From the IMG/VR virus record IMGVR_UViG_3300032282_002789: a stretch of DNA of 64,000 nt. One strand, written 5' to 3'. Positions 39,881 through 50,233 of the stretch are shown here, piece by piece. The position numbers and the translations under genes were made by a program. The stretch is from an uncultured virus (IMG/VR IMGVR_UViG_3300032282_002789). Taxonomy: Duplodnaviria > Heunggongvirae > Uroviricota > Caudoviricetes. The notes under the pieces were generated by a model that saw only the letters and a program-made list of their open reading frames with translations, was not told the DNA's origin and did no database searches. Each line of letters begins with the position of its first letter. Position 1 is the first letter of the stretch.

Positions 39881-41444
39881 AGGAACTTTAAAACCTTATC
39901 AGCCAGAGGCAGTAGACAAAATGATTGCTAGTAAACAAATGTTGGTTGCTTATGAAATGGGGTTAGGAAAAACTTGCATGACTATTGCAGCCTTAGAAAA
40001 ATTAAAAGAAAATGGAGAATTAACAAAACCTATTTTAATAATTGCTTTATCTAGTTTAAAATATCAATGGGAAAAAGAAATTCAAAAGTTTTCTGACGCA
40101 AGAACAGTAGTTATAGACGGTTCAAAAAGTACTCGGTTAATTCGTTGGGATAGAGAACTTAGTGGAGTACGATCTGCAGATTATATTATTTGTAATTATG
40201 AAACAGTTGTTAATGATTGGGACTCTATTAAAGACGAAGACTGGGGAGCGGTTGTGTGCGATGAAGCCACAGCCATTAAAGGTTTTAGATCTAAACGTTC
40301 AAAGGCTGTTAAAAAATTATCAACAGATGTTCCTATTAGATTTGCCCTTACAGGTACTCCTATTGAGAATGGTAAGCCCGAAGAGTTATACAGCATTATG
40401 CAATTTGTAAATCCAAAATTACTTGGAAGATTTGATTTATTTGATCAAACTTTTATTGTAAGAAATCATTTTGGTGGTGTTCAAAGATATAGAAATTTAC
40501 CTATATTTCATGAAAAAATGAAAACAATTTCCGTTAGGAAAGTACAGACAGACCCAGATGTGGCTCCTTATTTACCCGACACTATCCATTTAGACCCAAT
40601 AAAAATCTTATTAGATAATAAAACATCATTACTTTATAACTTTATTGCTGATGAATTGAGTCAAGAATTATATGAGGCACAACAACTACTCGGTGCTAAT
40701 TTTTCTTTGGTTGCTCATTATGGTCACGATAGTAAGGCTGGAAGTCAAGCAGATATGTTACGTGGATCTATTATGTCTAAAATAACTGCACTAAGAATGT
40801 TGTGCGATCACCCAGATCTGTTATTAAGTAGTGCTGCAAAATTTCAAAAACAAGAAGGAGATGGTAGTGCCTACATATATGGATTAAAAGAAAGAGATTT
40901 ATTAAACGATTTAACTAAACACCCAAAGTTAGATATATTAAAAACGTATGTATTAGATCATTTAGAGACAGATCCAGATGCAAAGGTTGTTATTTTTACT
41001 TCCTACGTTGGTATGTTGTCTAAGATTCAGGACGCAGTTAGTGGAACTTTATATACTGGAAAGATGAATGCTAAAGAAAAAGAAGCAAGTAAAACAAAGT
41101 TCTTAACTGATCCAGATTGTCGAGTATTTATTTCATCGGATGCTGGGGGTTATGGAGTTGATTTACCAGTAGCAAACTTATTAGTAAACTATGACTTACC
41201 TTGGTCCGCAGGATTAGCGGTACAAAGAAACGGTAGAATAAAACGTGCTTCCAGTAGGTGGCCTAGTATTGTAATTCAAGATTTAGTGGTAGAGAACTCC
41301 ATTGAGGAACGTCAACACGAAATGCTACAACAAAAGAATGCCGTTGCAGACGCTGTAATGGATGGTACAGGCATCAATTCCAAGGGTGGAATTGACCTAA
41401 CCGTAGGAAGCCTGATAGGTTTCCTACAGAAACAGAGACCTTGA
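39873..41444 (+). CDS. SNF2-family helicase
   Basis: MGLGKT, DEAT, LTGTPIEN, QRNGRIKR. Confidence 0.92.
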   Translation: MFKGTLKPYQPEAVDKMIASKQMLVAYEMGLGKTCMTIAALEKLKENGELTKPILIIALSSLKYQWEKEIQKFSDARTVVIDGSKSTRLIRWDRELSGVRSADYIICNYETVVNDWDSIKDEDWGAVVCDEATAIKGFRSKRSKAVKKLSTDVPIRFALTGTPIENGKPEELYSIMQFVNPKLLGRFDLFDQTFIVRNHFGGVQRYRNLPIFHEKMKTISVRKVQTDPDVAPYLPDTIHLDPIKILLDNKTSLLYNFIADELSQELYEAQQLLGANFSLVAHYGHDSKAGSQADMLRGSIMSKITALRMLCDHPDLLLSSAAKFQKQEGDGSAYIYGLKERDLLNDLTKHPKLDILKTYVLDHLETDPDAKVVIFTSYVGMLSKIQDAVSGTLYTGKMNAKEKEASKTKFLTDPDCRVFISSDAGGYGVDLPVANLLVNYDLPWSAGLAVQRNGRIKRASSRWPSIVIQDLVVENSIEERQHEMLQQKNAVADAVMDGTGINSKGGIDLTVGSLIGFLQKQRP

Positions 41445-41454
41445 GGGGGTTAAC

Positions 41455-41895
41455 ATGGCAAGAGTAAAAGAAGAACAATCACGAGTTGCTGGTCAAGATG
41501 ATTTTGAGACACAGGCTCGCCAATATATATTTGTAAAAAAACAAGTAGACTTTTTTGAATCTGAATTAAAAAAATTAAAAGAACAAATATTTGAACACGT
41601 AGATACTTCTGGAGAAGTTGATGGCAGCGGTAATTTATTTGTTGAACTTCCTTCTGAAATTGAAGGGGTTAAAACAATTCAAAAGCAACGCCGAGTATCT
41701 CGTAAGATAAACCCAGAAATGGCAGACAACGTGATTATGTCTAAGGGTCTTGAAAGTGAGTTGTATAAAACTATTCAGATTATTGATGAAGATGCTTTGA
41801 TGGCTGCTCTATATGAAGGAAAATTAACTGAAGAAGAAATAGAATTAATGTATCCAGAAAAAGTTGTTTGGGCTTTAATACTAAATAAGAACTAA
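41455..41895 (+). CDS. hypothetical protein
   Basis: GAGGGG SD; coiled N-terminus. Confidence 0.7.
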   Translation: MARVKEEQSRVAGQDDFETQARQYIFVKKQVDFFESELKKLKEQIFEHVDTSGEVDGSGNLFVELPSEIEGVKTIQKQRRVSRKINPEMADNVIMSKGLESELYKTIQIIDEDALMAALYEGKLTEEEIELMYPEKVVWALILNKN

Positions 41896-41897
41896 CT

Positions 41898-42374
41898 ATG
41901 GCTGGATTACGTGGAAATGATGAGATAGAGGCAGCATTTGCTGACCTTGAATACATCCCTGGTTCTAAGAAAAAACGCAGAGAAATAGATCCAAAGGTTT
42001 CTCGCCGTAAAAGCGGTGAGAGTAATGGTTGGGATTCAAACCCCATCATTAAAACATTAGCGGGTAAAGAGACTCAGGTCTTCACTATCGGTGCATTAGC
42101 ACAAGCGTTAGAGAAAACCATTGTCACAATCCGTTTATGGGAACGCAAGGGGTTTATTCCCCGTGCACCGTATAGGCTTAGGGCTAAGACTGTAAAAGGT
42201 CAAAAGACTGGTGGCAATAGGGTGTATACAAGAGAGTTAATTGAGTCTGCTGTTGAAGAATTCAACAAGCGTGGCTTGATAGGAACTGCTCGTGTAGAGT
42301 GGAACCAACACGAAGATCTAACCGATGCTTTACTAAAGCGTTGGAAAGAAACAACAAACCAAGAGAGCCAGTAG
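41898..42374 (+). CDS. MerR-like HTH DNA-binding protein
   Basis: FTIGALAQAL...TIRLWERKGFIP...RVYT. Confidence 0.75.
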   Translation: MAGLRGNDEIEAAFADLEYIPGSKKKRREIDPKVSRRKSGESNGWDSNPIIKTLAGKETQVFTIGALAQALEKTIVTIRLWERKGFIPRAPYRLRAKTVKGQKTGGNRVYTRELIESAVEEFNKRGLIGTARVEWNQHEDLTDALLKRWKETTNQESQ

Positions 42375-42436
42375 CGATTAATTTTGTACAGTGATACAAA
42401 GATCGCTCCGTGCCTCACTACCGAAAGAAGAAATAA

Positions 42437-43099
42437 ATGCCAATAACAAAACCAACAGAGGCACATTCATCTACGGCTTCATCTATGTTAGATGAAGACA
42501 ACGAGAATGCAATGCCTAAAGTAGGCACCACAGTTCAACAAGGCTGGGATGCTTTTGATTCACTTCTAAAGTCAGATAATCAAGGTGACTATCCAATTGA
42601 CTTTAAATTTTCTGAGGAGCCAGTGCTTGTTAAGTTCCTTGAAGATCAACCATTTGCTTCATATGAACAACACTGGATTGAACGCCCAAAGGGTAAAAAA
42701 TCTTTTGTTTGTCTAGGAACCAACTGTCCATTGTGCGATGTCTTAGGTGACAAACCTCGTGGAAAGTTTGCTTTTAATGTAGTTGTATTGACTGGTGAAG
42801 CACAAGGATTACAAATCTTAACTGCACCACCAACACTTGCTCGTTTGATTCGTAAGGCTCATGAAGATGAGCGCAAAGGACCTCTTTCAAAAGAGTTCTG
42901 GGAAGTTTCTCGCATGGGAACAGGACCTACAACGAACTTTACCCTCAACTTCGTTCGTGGTCGTGACCTTGTAGAGGAATGGAAGTTGAACGATGAACTC
43001 GTTCAAGAACTTGTAGCAGCCGCTGTTCCTTATACAGCAGAAGTAGTTCGAGAGACCCCTCGCTCCGAAATGCTAGAAGTTGCTCGTTCTGTAGCGTAA
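42437..43099 (+). CDS. single-stranded DNA-binding protein (gp32-like)
   Basis: VKFL...HW...SFVC...CPLC; before the polymerase. Confidence 0.7.
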   Translation: MPITKPTEAHSSTASSMLDEDNENAMPKVGTTVQQGWDAFDSLLKSDNQGDYPIDFKFSEEPVLVKFLEDQPFASYEQHWIERPKGKKSFVCLGTNCPLCDVLGDKPRGKFAFNVVVLTGEAQGLQILTAPPTLARLIRKAHEDERKGPLSKEFWEVSRMGTGPTTNFTLNFVRGRDLVEEWKLNDELVQELVAAAVPYTAEVVRETPRSEMLEVARSVA

Positions 43100-43111
43100 T
43101 ACGCTTCCACT

Positions 43112-43153
43112 GAGTAGGGACCTGTTTATTTCCGTTTTCAGGTCCCTATTCTC
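43112..43153 (+). terminator. stem-loop between SSB and polymerase genes
   Basis: TAGGGACCTG/CAGGTCCCTA stem. Confidence 0.6.
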
Positions 43154-43168
43154 TAACCGAAAAGAGGG

Positions 43169-45172
43169 ATGATGAACATAATTACAACAAAAGAACAACT
43201 AAAAGAATTAGTTGAGTTTTATTCAACAGTCAATGCTTTTGCATTTGACGTTGAAACTGTGGGTGAAAATAGAATTCAACCTGTAGTTAATGATGTGCTA
43301 TGGATCTCATTAGCAACTGAAGGACGTAGTGATGTAATACCTATGGGACATCCTAACGGAGAGTTTTTACACTGGGATAAAGAAATGCTTCTTAGTGGTC
43401 AAAGAAAATTTGATGCAGGTAAGCCATTAAAAGATGAAGACTATTCAAAAAATCAAGCCAAATGGAAACCTGTATTTGATTTACCACCAGAGCAGTTACT
43501 TCCTGGAGATGTTTTTAAAGCATTAAAACCTTTGTTCTTTAGTGATAAATTAAAAATTGGTCACAATGTTAAATTTGATTTAAAATCTATAGCAAAATAT
43601 TATCGAGGAGTAGTTCCATCTAAACCTTTCTTTGACACACTTATGGCTGCATTTGTTATAGATAGTCGTAACCGTATAAGTTTAAATCTTGCGGCTTGTG
43701 CTGAAAGAGAACTCAGTGTTAAAGTTGAAAAAGGAGTTGGAGCAGAGGTTGAGGCCCATGCTTTTAGTGTTGTAGCAAAGTATGCTGGTATTGATGCAGA
43801 GGTTACTTGGAATCTTTATAAAACTTTTTATCCAAAATTACAAAATGGATTAAAAAAAGTTTGGGATTTAGAAATGGATGTCATTGCTGCTTTATGTGAT
43901 ATGGAGTTAACTGGAGCCACAATAGATGTTAAAGAACTTACTGCTTTAAAAATAAGGTTAGAAAAAGATATAGATAATGCCAAAGCAAGAGCCTGGAAAA
44001 TAACTGGAAAACCTTTTGCTATGAACTCTGTAAAAGAAAAACAAGAAGTATTGTTTTCTCCAAAACCAGAAGGTCGTGGAATTAAACCTAATTTAAAAGT
44101 TAAGATTGCTCTTACAGCAAGAGGACAAGCCGTTGCAGCAACAGATCCTGTTAACTTAACTATGAACCACTACTCTGTCTCTTCCGATGCTCTTGAGTTT
44201 TATAGAGCCAAAGATGAATTAGTAGATGCAATTTTAGAATATCAAGATTTAAATAAGTTAATGACTACTTATGTAATGCCTTATTTAGGTGGAGAAGTAA
44301 CACGCACTACTATGGGTAAAGAAAAAGTTTTTGATAAGAAAAGTTTTTTAATTAATGGAAGAGTTCATACTAACTTCAAACCCCACGGAGCAGAGACTGG
44401 AAGATTCTCTAGTAGCGATCCAAACTTACAAAATATTCCTAGCGTAGGTGAATACGGAAAATTAATACGTAATCTATTTATTGCACCTGAAGGTCACAAG
44501 TTGGTGGTTGCCGATTACTCTCAGATTGAACCACGCATCATTGCATCTTTTTCTAACGATCCTATTATGGTTAAAAACTATTTAGATGGAGAAGACATAT
44601 ACACCACTATTGGAAACACAATGGGTGTAGATAGAAAGGCTGGCAAGGTTCTTGTTTTATCTATTGCATACGGTGTTGGTCCTGAAAAAATTGCTCAAAG
44701 TATTGGGTGTTCAGTTTCAGAGGCTAAAGATTTATTAAATAGATTTTCGGAACAATTTAATACTATTGGAAAATACAGAGCAAGAGTAATTAGACAATGT
44801 TTATCACAACGTCCAACTCCTTATGTGACCACTCTTTATGGAAGAAAACGTTACCTTCCAGACCTAAAAAGCACAGATAAAGGATTAAAATCTAGAGCAG
44901 AAAGACAAGCCTTTAATACAATTATTCAAGGATCTGCTGCAGATTTGATGAAATATGCAATGGTTAGGGCACATTCCTGTTTTGTTGATGAGCCAGGGGC
45001 TCAAGTAATTTTGACTGTACATGATGAATTAGTTACAGTTGCTCGTGAAGACATTGCAGAAGAGGTAGCCGAAGCAATTCGGGAATCAATGGAAGGTATA
45101 AAAATTCCAGAGATTACAGTTCCACTTATTGCTGATGTAAAAATAGTAAACAAATGGGGAGAAGCAAAATGA
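43169..45172 (+). CDS. polA: DNA polymerase family A with 3'-5' exonuclease
   Basis: FDVET, HNVKFD, TGRFSSSDPNLQNIP, ADYSQIEPR, QGSAAD, VHDE. Confidence 0.96.
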   Translation: MMNIITTKEQLKELVEFYSTVNAFAFDVETVGENRIQPVVNDVLWISLATEGRSDVIPMGHPNGEFLHWDKEMLLSGQRKFDAGKPLKDEDYSKNQAKWKPVFDLPPEQLLPGDVFKALKPLFFSDKLKIGHNVKFDLKSIAKYYRGVVPSKPFFDTLMAAFVIDSRNRISLNLAACAERELSVKVEKGVGAEVEAHAFSVVAKYAGIDAEVTWNLYKTFYPKLQNGLKKVWDLEMDVIAALCDMELTGATIDVKELTALKIRLEKDIDNAKARAWKITGKPFAMNSVKEKQEVLFSPKPEGRGIKPNLKVKIALTARGQAVAATDPVNLTMNHYSVSSDALEFYRAKDELVDAILEYQDLNKLMTTYVMPYLGGEVTRTTMGKEKVFDKKSFLINGRVHTNFKPHGAETGRFSSSDPNLQNIPSVGEYGKLIRNLFIAPEGHKLVVADYSQIEPRIIASFSNDPIMVKNYLDGEDIYTTIGNTMGVDRKAGKVLVLSIAYGVGPEKIAQSIGCSVSEAKDLLNRFSEQFNTIGKYRARVIRQCLSQRPTPYVTTLYGRKRYLPDLKSTDKGLKSRAERQAFNTIIQGSAADLMKYAMVRAHSCFVDEPGAQVILTVHDELVTVAREDIAEEVAEAIRESMEGIKIPEITVPLIADVKIVNKWGEAK

Positions 45173-45546
45173 GTAACGCTGATTGGTGGTCTAAGCAACT
45201 AGGCGCATCGCCGCAACTTTCACAACAAAGACCTAATGATATTACAATGCCAGCATCACAACAACCTATGACAAGGTTTGAACCACCCGCACTACAACAA
45301 CCTGTTACAAAAGCCCAAAGTATTAAACAAACACAATCTTGTCCAGACTGTGGTTCAGCAAACTATATGTCTCCTGCACAAAATATTGGTCTTAGATGCT
45401 ATGACTGCGGGTATCCTTTACAACAATCAGGAAGTAAGTTTGGTTCTTTAACGGGAGCAAAGGTTGAAGGATCCGTAAAACCATCAACAGGAAATGACAC
45501 TCAAAGCAACTGGAATCCACAGGGAATTATTGGACGTATTGATTAA
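45169..45546 (+). CDS. zinc-ribbon protein
   Basis: CPDCGS...CYDCGYP. Confidence 0.7.
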   Translation: MSNADWWSKQLGASPQLSQQRPNDITMPASQQPMTRFEPPALQQPVTKAQSIKQTQSCPDCGSANYMSPAQNIGLRCYDCGYPLQQSGSKFGSLTGAKVEGSVKPSTGNDTQSNWNPQGIIGRID

Positions 45547-45977
45547 TGAATAAACCATTTAGTTCATCATTGTATACAGAAAATGATAATGCAAAAGAAT
45601 TAATTATTAATTGGTTAAAATCAATGGGTTTTGAGGCCTGGGTTAATACTGATCAATATGGTATTGATATTGTTTATCACGATGAAACTGCAGTCTATCG
45701 TTATTGTGAAGTAGAAGTAAAACATAACTGGAAGGGTTCTGAGTTTCCTTTTAGCACAGTACATTTTCCAAAACGAAAATTAAAGTTTGCAAATGTTAAT
45801 TCAATGTTTGCAATGTTAAATCATGAACGTACCCATGTTTTGTTAATTTCTGGACAACAGTTTATTGATGCTCCCATTATTCGTAAAGATACTATCTATA
45901 CTAAAAATGAAGAGTTTATTGAGATAACAATACAAGATTGCAAAATTGTAAATTTAATGGAGGAGAGTAATGAATGA
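45546..45977 (+). CDS. PD-(D/E)XK nuclease-like protein
   Basis: YGID...EVEVK. Confidence 0.6.
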   Translation: MNKPFSSSLYTENDNAKELIINWLKSMGFEAWVNTDQYGIDIVYHDETAVYRYCEVEVKHNWKGSEFPFSTVHFPKRKLKFANVNSMFAMLNHERTHVLLISGQQFIDAPIIRKDTIYTKNEEFIEITIQDCKIVNLMEESNE

Positions 45978-47019
45978 TGAAGCAAAAAAAATTGTTGCAC
46001 AACTCAACAAGAAATTCGGCAATAATGTGGTCGTCCTTGCTTCTGATATTAGGAGCGACCTTATTCCTCGTATTACCTCTGGTAGTACTACGTTGGATTA
46101 TGTCCTTGGAGGAGGATTCCCAGGAAATCAATGGAATGAATTAATTGGAGAACCATCTCACGGTAAAACTGCTGTTGCTTTAAAAACTATTGCTGCAAAT
46201 CAAGCCAGTAATCCAGACCATACAACTGTTTGGGTTGCTGCCGAGCAGTGGGTTCCAGAGTATGCAGAAATGTGCGGTGTAGATACTACCCGTGTTATTG
46301 TTATTGAAACTTCAATTATGGAAGAGGCTTATCAATCCGTAATTCAATTTGCTGAATCAAAATCTGTTGATGCAATTGTTATTGATTCATTACCAGCATT
46401 GTCCCCTGCTCCAGAAATGGAAAAAGATATGAGCGAAATGACTATTGGTAAGGGAGCATTACTTACAAATAAATTTTTTAGAGTAGTTGGTACAGCAATG
46501 AAAAGAAGTCTTATTGAAGATGAAAGACCTGTTTTAGGTTTAATTATTAACCAATACCGCATGAAGATCGGTGTCATGCATGGCGACCCCAGGACTACAC
46601 CAGGTGGTGAAGGAAAGAACTATGCTTTCTTTACTAGGTGTGAAATTCGTAGAGATGAATGGATTGAAATAGGTAGCGGAACTAATAAAATACGTATAGG
46701 ACAAAGAATTAAGGTAAGAACTTTAAAAAATAAAACTGCACCACCACAGAGAGTTGCATACTTTGATTTTTATTTTGCTAATGGTGGATTTTGTTTACCT
46801 GGCGAATACGATTTTGCAAAAGAAATTGCGTCTCTTGCAGTTGTAAAGGGTATTATTCAACGTAAAGGTGGATGGTATTACTATGGAGAAAGAAAATGGC
46901 AAGGAATTGAACCAGTCATTGATAGTATTCGTGGAGAAATTGATTTAAAAGAAGAGTTACAAAAAGTTGTCCTTAATTCCTCTGATGTACCAATGGCTGG
47001 AGATCCTAACGATGAGTGA
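45970..47019 (+). CDS. recA: RecA-family recombinase
   Basis: GEPSHGKT, IVIDS, INQYRMKIGVMHGDPRTTPGG, KNKTAPP. Confidence 0.93.
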   Translation: MNDEAKKIVAQLNKKFGNNVVVLASDIRSDLIPRITSGSTTLDYVLGGGFPGNQWNELIGEPSHGKTAVALKTIAANQASNPDHTTVWVAAEQWVPEYAEMCGVDTTRVIVIETSIMEEAYQSVIQFAESKSVDAIVIDSLPALSPAPEMEKDMSEMTIGKGALLTNKFFRVVGTAMKRSLIEDERPVLGLIINQYRMKIGVMHGDPRTTPGGEGKNYAFFTRCEIRRDEWIEIGSGTNKIRIGQRIKVRTLKNKTAPPQRVAYFDFYFANGGFCLPGEYDFAKEIASLAVVKGIIQRKGGWYYYGERKWQGIEPVIDSIRGEIDLKEELQKVVLNSSDVPMAGDPNDE

Positions 47020-47260
47020 AAGTAAAAAGTTTGTAGTTAATGATACTGATTGGGCACAAACACTTGAAAAAGGTGTAGAAGATTACACCGACATGTTGTT
47101 TGAAGCCGTGTGGGAAGGAAGCGACGACGTAATTCCAGAAACATTATCTGGAGAACCATTTTGTGGTTGCAGTCAATGCTTCTGGCGTGAGACACTTTTC
47201 TATCTTGTCCCTCATCTGCTGGAGGGCTATGAGAATGGCAAGATAGAACTTGAAGACTGA
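47012..47260 (+). CDS. hypothetical protein with CGCxxC motif
   Basis: PFCGCSQC; coupled ORF. Confidence 0.65.
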   Translation: MSESKKFVVNDTDWAQTLEKGVEDYTDMLFEAVWEGSDDVIPETLSGEPFCGCSQCFWRETLFYLVPHLLEGYENGKIELED

Positions 47261-47567
47261 AGGACAAAAAGAATCTCAAAAGCACGAGAAAAGACTTGCT
47301 AAAAAAATTGGCGGTTCTCGTAACGCAGCATCTGGGGCTCTTTGGTCAAGAAAGGGTGATGTAAGATCAGCCGACCTGCTGATTGAACATAAGTGGACTG
47401 GTAAAAAACAGACCACAGTAAAATCCGATGTCTTAAAGAAAATAGTAAGAGAGGCAATACTTGATGGAAGAATGCCAGTACTCGGTATCCATCTTGATGG
47501 GGAGAATTACGTGATTCTTCTTGAAGACGATTTCATGGAAATGCGAGACAAGATCAAGGATGCCTAA
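47250..47567 (+). CDS. Hjc-like PD-(D/E)XK Holliday junction resolvase
   Basis: E...SGA...KGDV...IEHK. Confidence 0.7.
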   Translation: MKTEGQKESQKHEKRLAKKIGGSRNAASGALWSRKGDVRSADLLIEHKWTGKKQTTVKSDVLKKIVREAILDGRMPVLGIHLDGENYVILLEDDFMEMRDKIKDA

Positions 47568-47570
47568 TAC

Positions 47571-47894
47571 ATGGACGAACCAGAATACTCCTGGAGATAT
47601 GAAGCAAGATGCTCAGGTCAAGATACTGACATCTTTTACCCTCCTCGTGATAAAGATCAATATAAAACAATTGCTGATCAAGCCAAGTCATTCTGTCTTG
47701 GTGAGACAGGAAAGAACCACTGTCCAGTACGTGCCCAATGTTTATGGGACGCAGTTAAAAGAGATGAGCCACACGGGATCTGGGGTGGTTTAAGCCACAG
47801 AGAACGTAATGCTTTAATGCGAAAATGGCAAAAAAGTTACAAAAAGAAAATGTCCCTAAAAGAATTTATTTTCAGTACAGACAAGGAATACTAA
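47571..47894 (+). CDS. whiB: WhiB-family transcription factor
   Basis: W..EARC, FC, CPVRAQC, GIWGGLS..ER. Confidence 0.93.
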   Translation: MDEPEYSWRYEARCSGQDTDIFYPPRDKDQYKTIADQAKSFCLGETGKNHCPVRAQCLWDAVKRDEPHGIWGGLSHRERNALMRKWQKSYKKKMSLKEFIFSTDKEY

Positions 47895-48740
47895 ATGGTA
47901 CAGAAGACAGAGTTACAAAAGTTCTTAAATACCAAGAAGGTTGATACACGTCTTATAGGTGAGATAGAACGACACCTAATGAGACAGCCAGACTCAGACC
48001 GACGTACCGATGTACTACACCCATCAGAGATGATTAAGGGTGATTGGTGTCATAAGTATTCCTATTATCTATTAAATGGTGGTAAGGCAAAGAAAGAAAA
48101 ACCTAACCTTCGTCTTCAAAACATTTTTGATGAAGGCCATTACATTCATGCCAAATGGCAGAACCGCATCTATGAGATGGGCACTATGTGGGGTGACTTT
48201 AGATGTCAAAACTGCAAAGGCATTACAGCGGGTTTGTCACCAAAAGTATGTGAGCATTGTAACTGTGTCACACTTGTTTATGATGAGGTATCCCTACAAG
48301 ACCCAAGCCTACGTATTTCTGGTCATACAGATGGTTGGGTTAAAGGTTTAGGAGATGATTTCCTTATTGAAATTAAATCAATTGGTGCTGGTACCTTGCG
48401 GTTTGAGGCTCCAGATCTCTTGTACGATGCAGATGGTGATGTAACAAAGGCTTGGAAAAATATTCGTCGCCCATTTCGTAGCCATTTACTTCAAGGGCAA
48501 ATGTACTTGGAATTGGCTAAACGGCAATTTGGAGAAGAAGCCCCTAATGAAATTGTTTTTATTTACGAATTAAAAGCAGACCAAGATTACAAAGAGTTCA
48601 CAGTCAAAGCGGACTATGAGATTGTTGAAAGAATCTTTTTGGCTGCTAAAAAAGTTGTTGATGCTGTTGAAGCAGGTGTAATGCCAGCGTGCAATCTTGC
48701 AACTGAAGGATGTAAATCCTGTCTCTTGATTGGAGAGTAA
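47895..48740 (+). CDS. Cas4-like PD-(D/E)XK exonuclease
   Basis: HPSE...C, GHTDG, IEIKS, Q.Q.Y, C-terminal Cys cluster. Confidence 0.8.
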   Translation: MVQKTELQKFLNTKKVDTRLIGEIERHLMRQPDSDRRTDVLHPSEMIKGDWCHKYSYYLLNGGKAKKEKPNLRLQNIFDEGHYIHAKWQNRIYEMGTMWGDFRCQNCKGITAGLSPKVCEHCNCVTLVYDEVSLQDPSLRISGHTDGWVKGLGDDFLIEIKSIGAGTLRFEAPDLLYDADGDVTKAWKNIRRPFRSHLLQGQMYLELAKRQFGEEAPNEIVFIYELKADQDYKEFTVKADYEIVERIFLAAKKVVDAVEAGVMPACNLATEGCKSCLLIGE

Positions 48741-49204
48741 TGAACGAAATAGATGTGTTAATGAAGAAGGGTCTTGCCCTCCCTAAACCACAGTATGAAC
48801 AAGCGGTATTACCCCCAGACATCACTGACCTTAGTAGCGAAGACTTGGCTGTGATGTTTACCACATTAACTGGGTGGACCGATTACTTTGCATCCCAGTT
48901 AGTTCAGGCTCAACTGCGTGAACGTGAAGCCCAGAGAGCCTTAGACCTGGCTGAGAATAAGTTACTCATAACTAAAATGGGTGCTGCTTCTAAAGGTTCA
49001 ACTGTAAGTTTAGCCAAGGCTCAAATTGCAACTGATCCAGAAATCCTTAAATTAGGGGATACGTACGAGGAACGGTATGCTTATCGCAAGATCTTAGAGA
49101 TGATGGTTTCAAATCAAGAACGAGACATCACTTTAGTTTCGAGGGAAATAACACGGAGAACAAACGAGTCCCGAATGGGACGGAGGGATACATTCATAAC
49201 ATGA
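48740..49204 (+). CDS. hypothetical coiled-coil protein (possible recombination mediator)
   Basis: all-helical; SREITRR C-terminus. Confidence 0.55.
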   Translation: MNEIDVLMKKGLALPKPQYEQAVLPPDITDLSSEDLAVMFTTLTGWTDYFASQLVQAQLREREAQRALDLAENKLLITKMGAASKGSTVSLAKAQIATDPEILKLGDTYEERYAYRKILEMMVSNQERDITLVSREITRRTNESRMGRRDTFIT

Positions 49205-49944
49205 AAAAAATAAAAAAAGTATTAGCAATAGCATTAGTATTAACAAGCATGTCTATTATTCCTGTTAATGCAGAAGAAACAGGGCAAACAATTTATCACT
49301 ATGGTGATGGTACCTCTGGTACTACACCCCCGACACCAACACAGGCTGCAGTTGCAGGATTTGCTGTTGTCAATAACGAAGGAGTTGTTAAAGGAGCAAT
49401 TGCATGTAGCGTTTCTTTTTGTCCAACGGTTTTAGAAGGAACGTATATGGATTGTACAAATTGCAAACTTGTACAGCAAACACCTGCTATTCCAGATGGA
49501 AATGCATTTGGATATGTGGGAACGCCTAATAATCCTGTCAAATATGATTCACAAGAGCAGGTATTTACCCAAGGTTCAACAAGTACGCCAGCACCAGTAA
49601 CGAGAAATGAAACAGTTGATACCACAACAATTTCAGTAACTATTAACTCGGATGTTGTTACTTTTGGACCTAATAGTTTTGTAAATGGACAGATGCAGGT
49701 TACTCCTCGTGTTAACTCCAACACAGGAGCAACGATCTCTGCAACCCAAACAAATTATGAGACTCGTACAGTTACAAGTGCAACAGGGATTGTAACGACA
49801 GAACTCGTTGCAACTACCGAGAGTCAATCATTTACCTCACCTCAAACTCGAGAACAAATTGCACAGGCTGTACAATATAAGTCTTTCTTGCAACGACGTT
49901 TAGACAGAATATACGTAATGCTTAGAGGTTGGGTTCTTGATTAA
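49201..49944 (+). CDS. secreted Thr-rich protein
   Basis: signal peptide MKKIKKVLAIALVLTSMSIIPVNA; four Cys. Confidence 0.7.
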   Translation: MKKIKKVLAIALVLTSMSIIPVNAEETGQTIYHYGDGTSGTTPPTPTQAAVAGFAVVNNEGVVKGAIACSVSFCPTVLEGTYMDCTNCKLVQQTPAIPDGNAFGYVGTPNNPVKYDSQEQVFTQGSTSTPAPVTRNETVDTTTISVTINSDVVTFGPNSFVNGQMQVTPRVNSNTGATISATQTNYETRTVTSATGIVTTELVATTESQSFTSPQTREQIAQAVQYKSFLQRRLDRIYVMLRGWVLD

Positions 49945-50233
49945 CGAAATTAATGAATCTGTTCTTGAAGAAGCACAGAGACTGATAACGGGTGATCGTA
50001 ACAAATCTTACGACCACCCGTTAGACAATTTTAATCGCATTGCTAAGGGTTGGGAAGTTATTTTTAATACCCCAGTAACTGAGGAACAAGTTGGGTTAGC
50101 AATGGCTTGGGTTAAAATTTGTCGTGAAGTTTATCAATCAAAAAGAGACAACCTAGTTGATGGGGCGGGTTATCTAGGGACTGTGCAAATGGTCATAGAT
50201 GAAAGAGAACGCCGTGCCAACCAAAGCGATTGA
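49937..50233 (+). CDS. DUF6378-like protein
   Basis: LEEA..LITGDR...Y..P.DNF.RIA..W...KI.R...DNLVDGAGY. Confidence 0.75.
   Translation: MINEINESVLEEAQRLITGDRNKSYDHPLDNFNRIAKGWEVIFNTPVTEEQVGLAMAWVKICREVYQSKRDNLVDGAGYLGTVQMVIDERERRANQSD

Noticed and set aside
47895..48740. CRISPR-Cas locus around the Cas4-like gene
   Set aside because: No array or other cas genes; solo Cas4-like exonucleases are common in phage recombination modules
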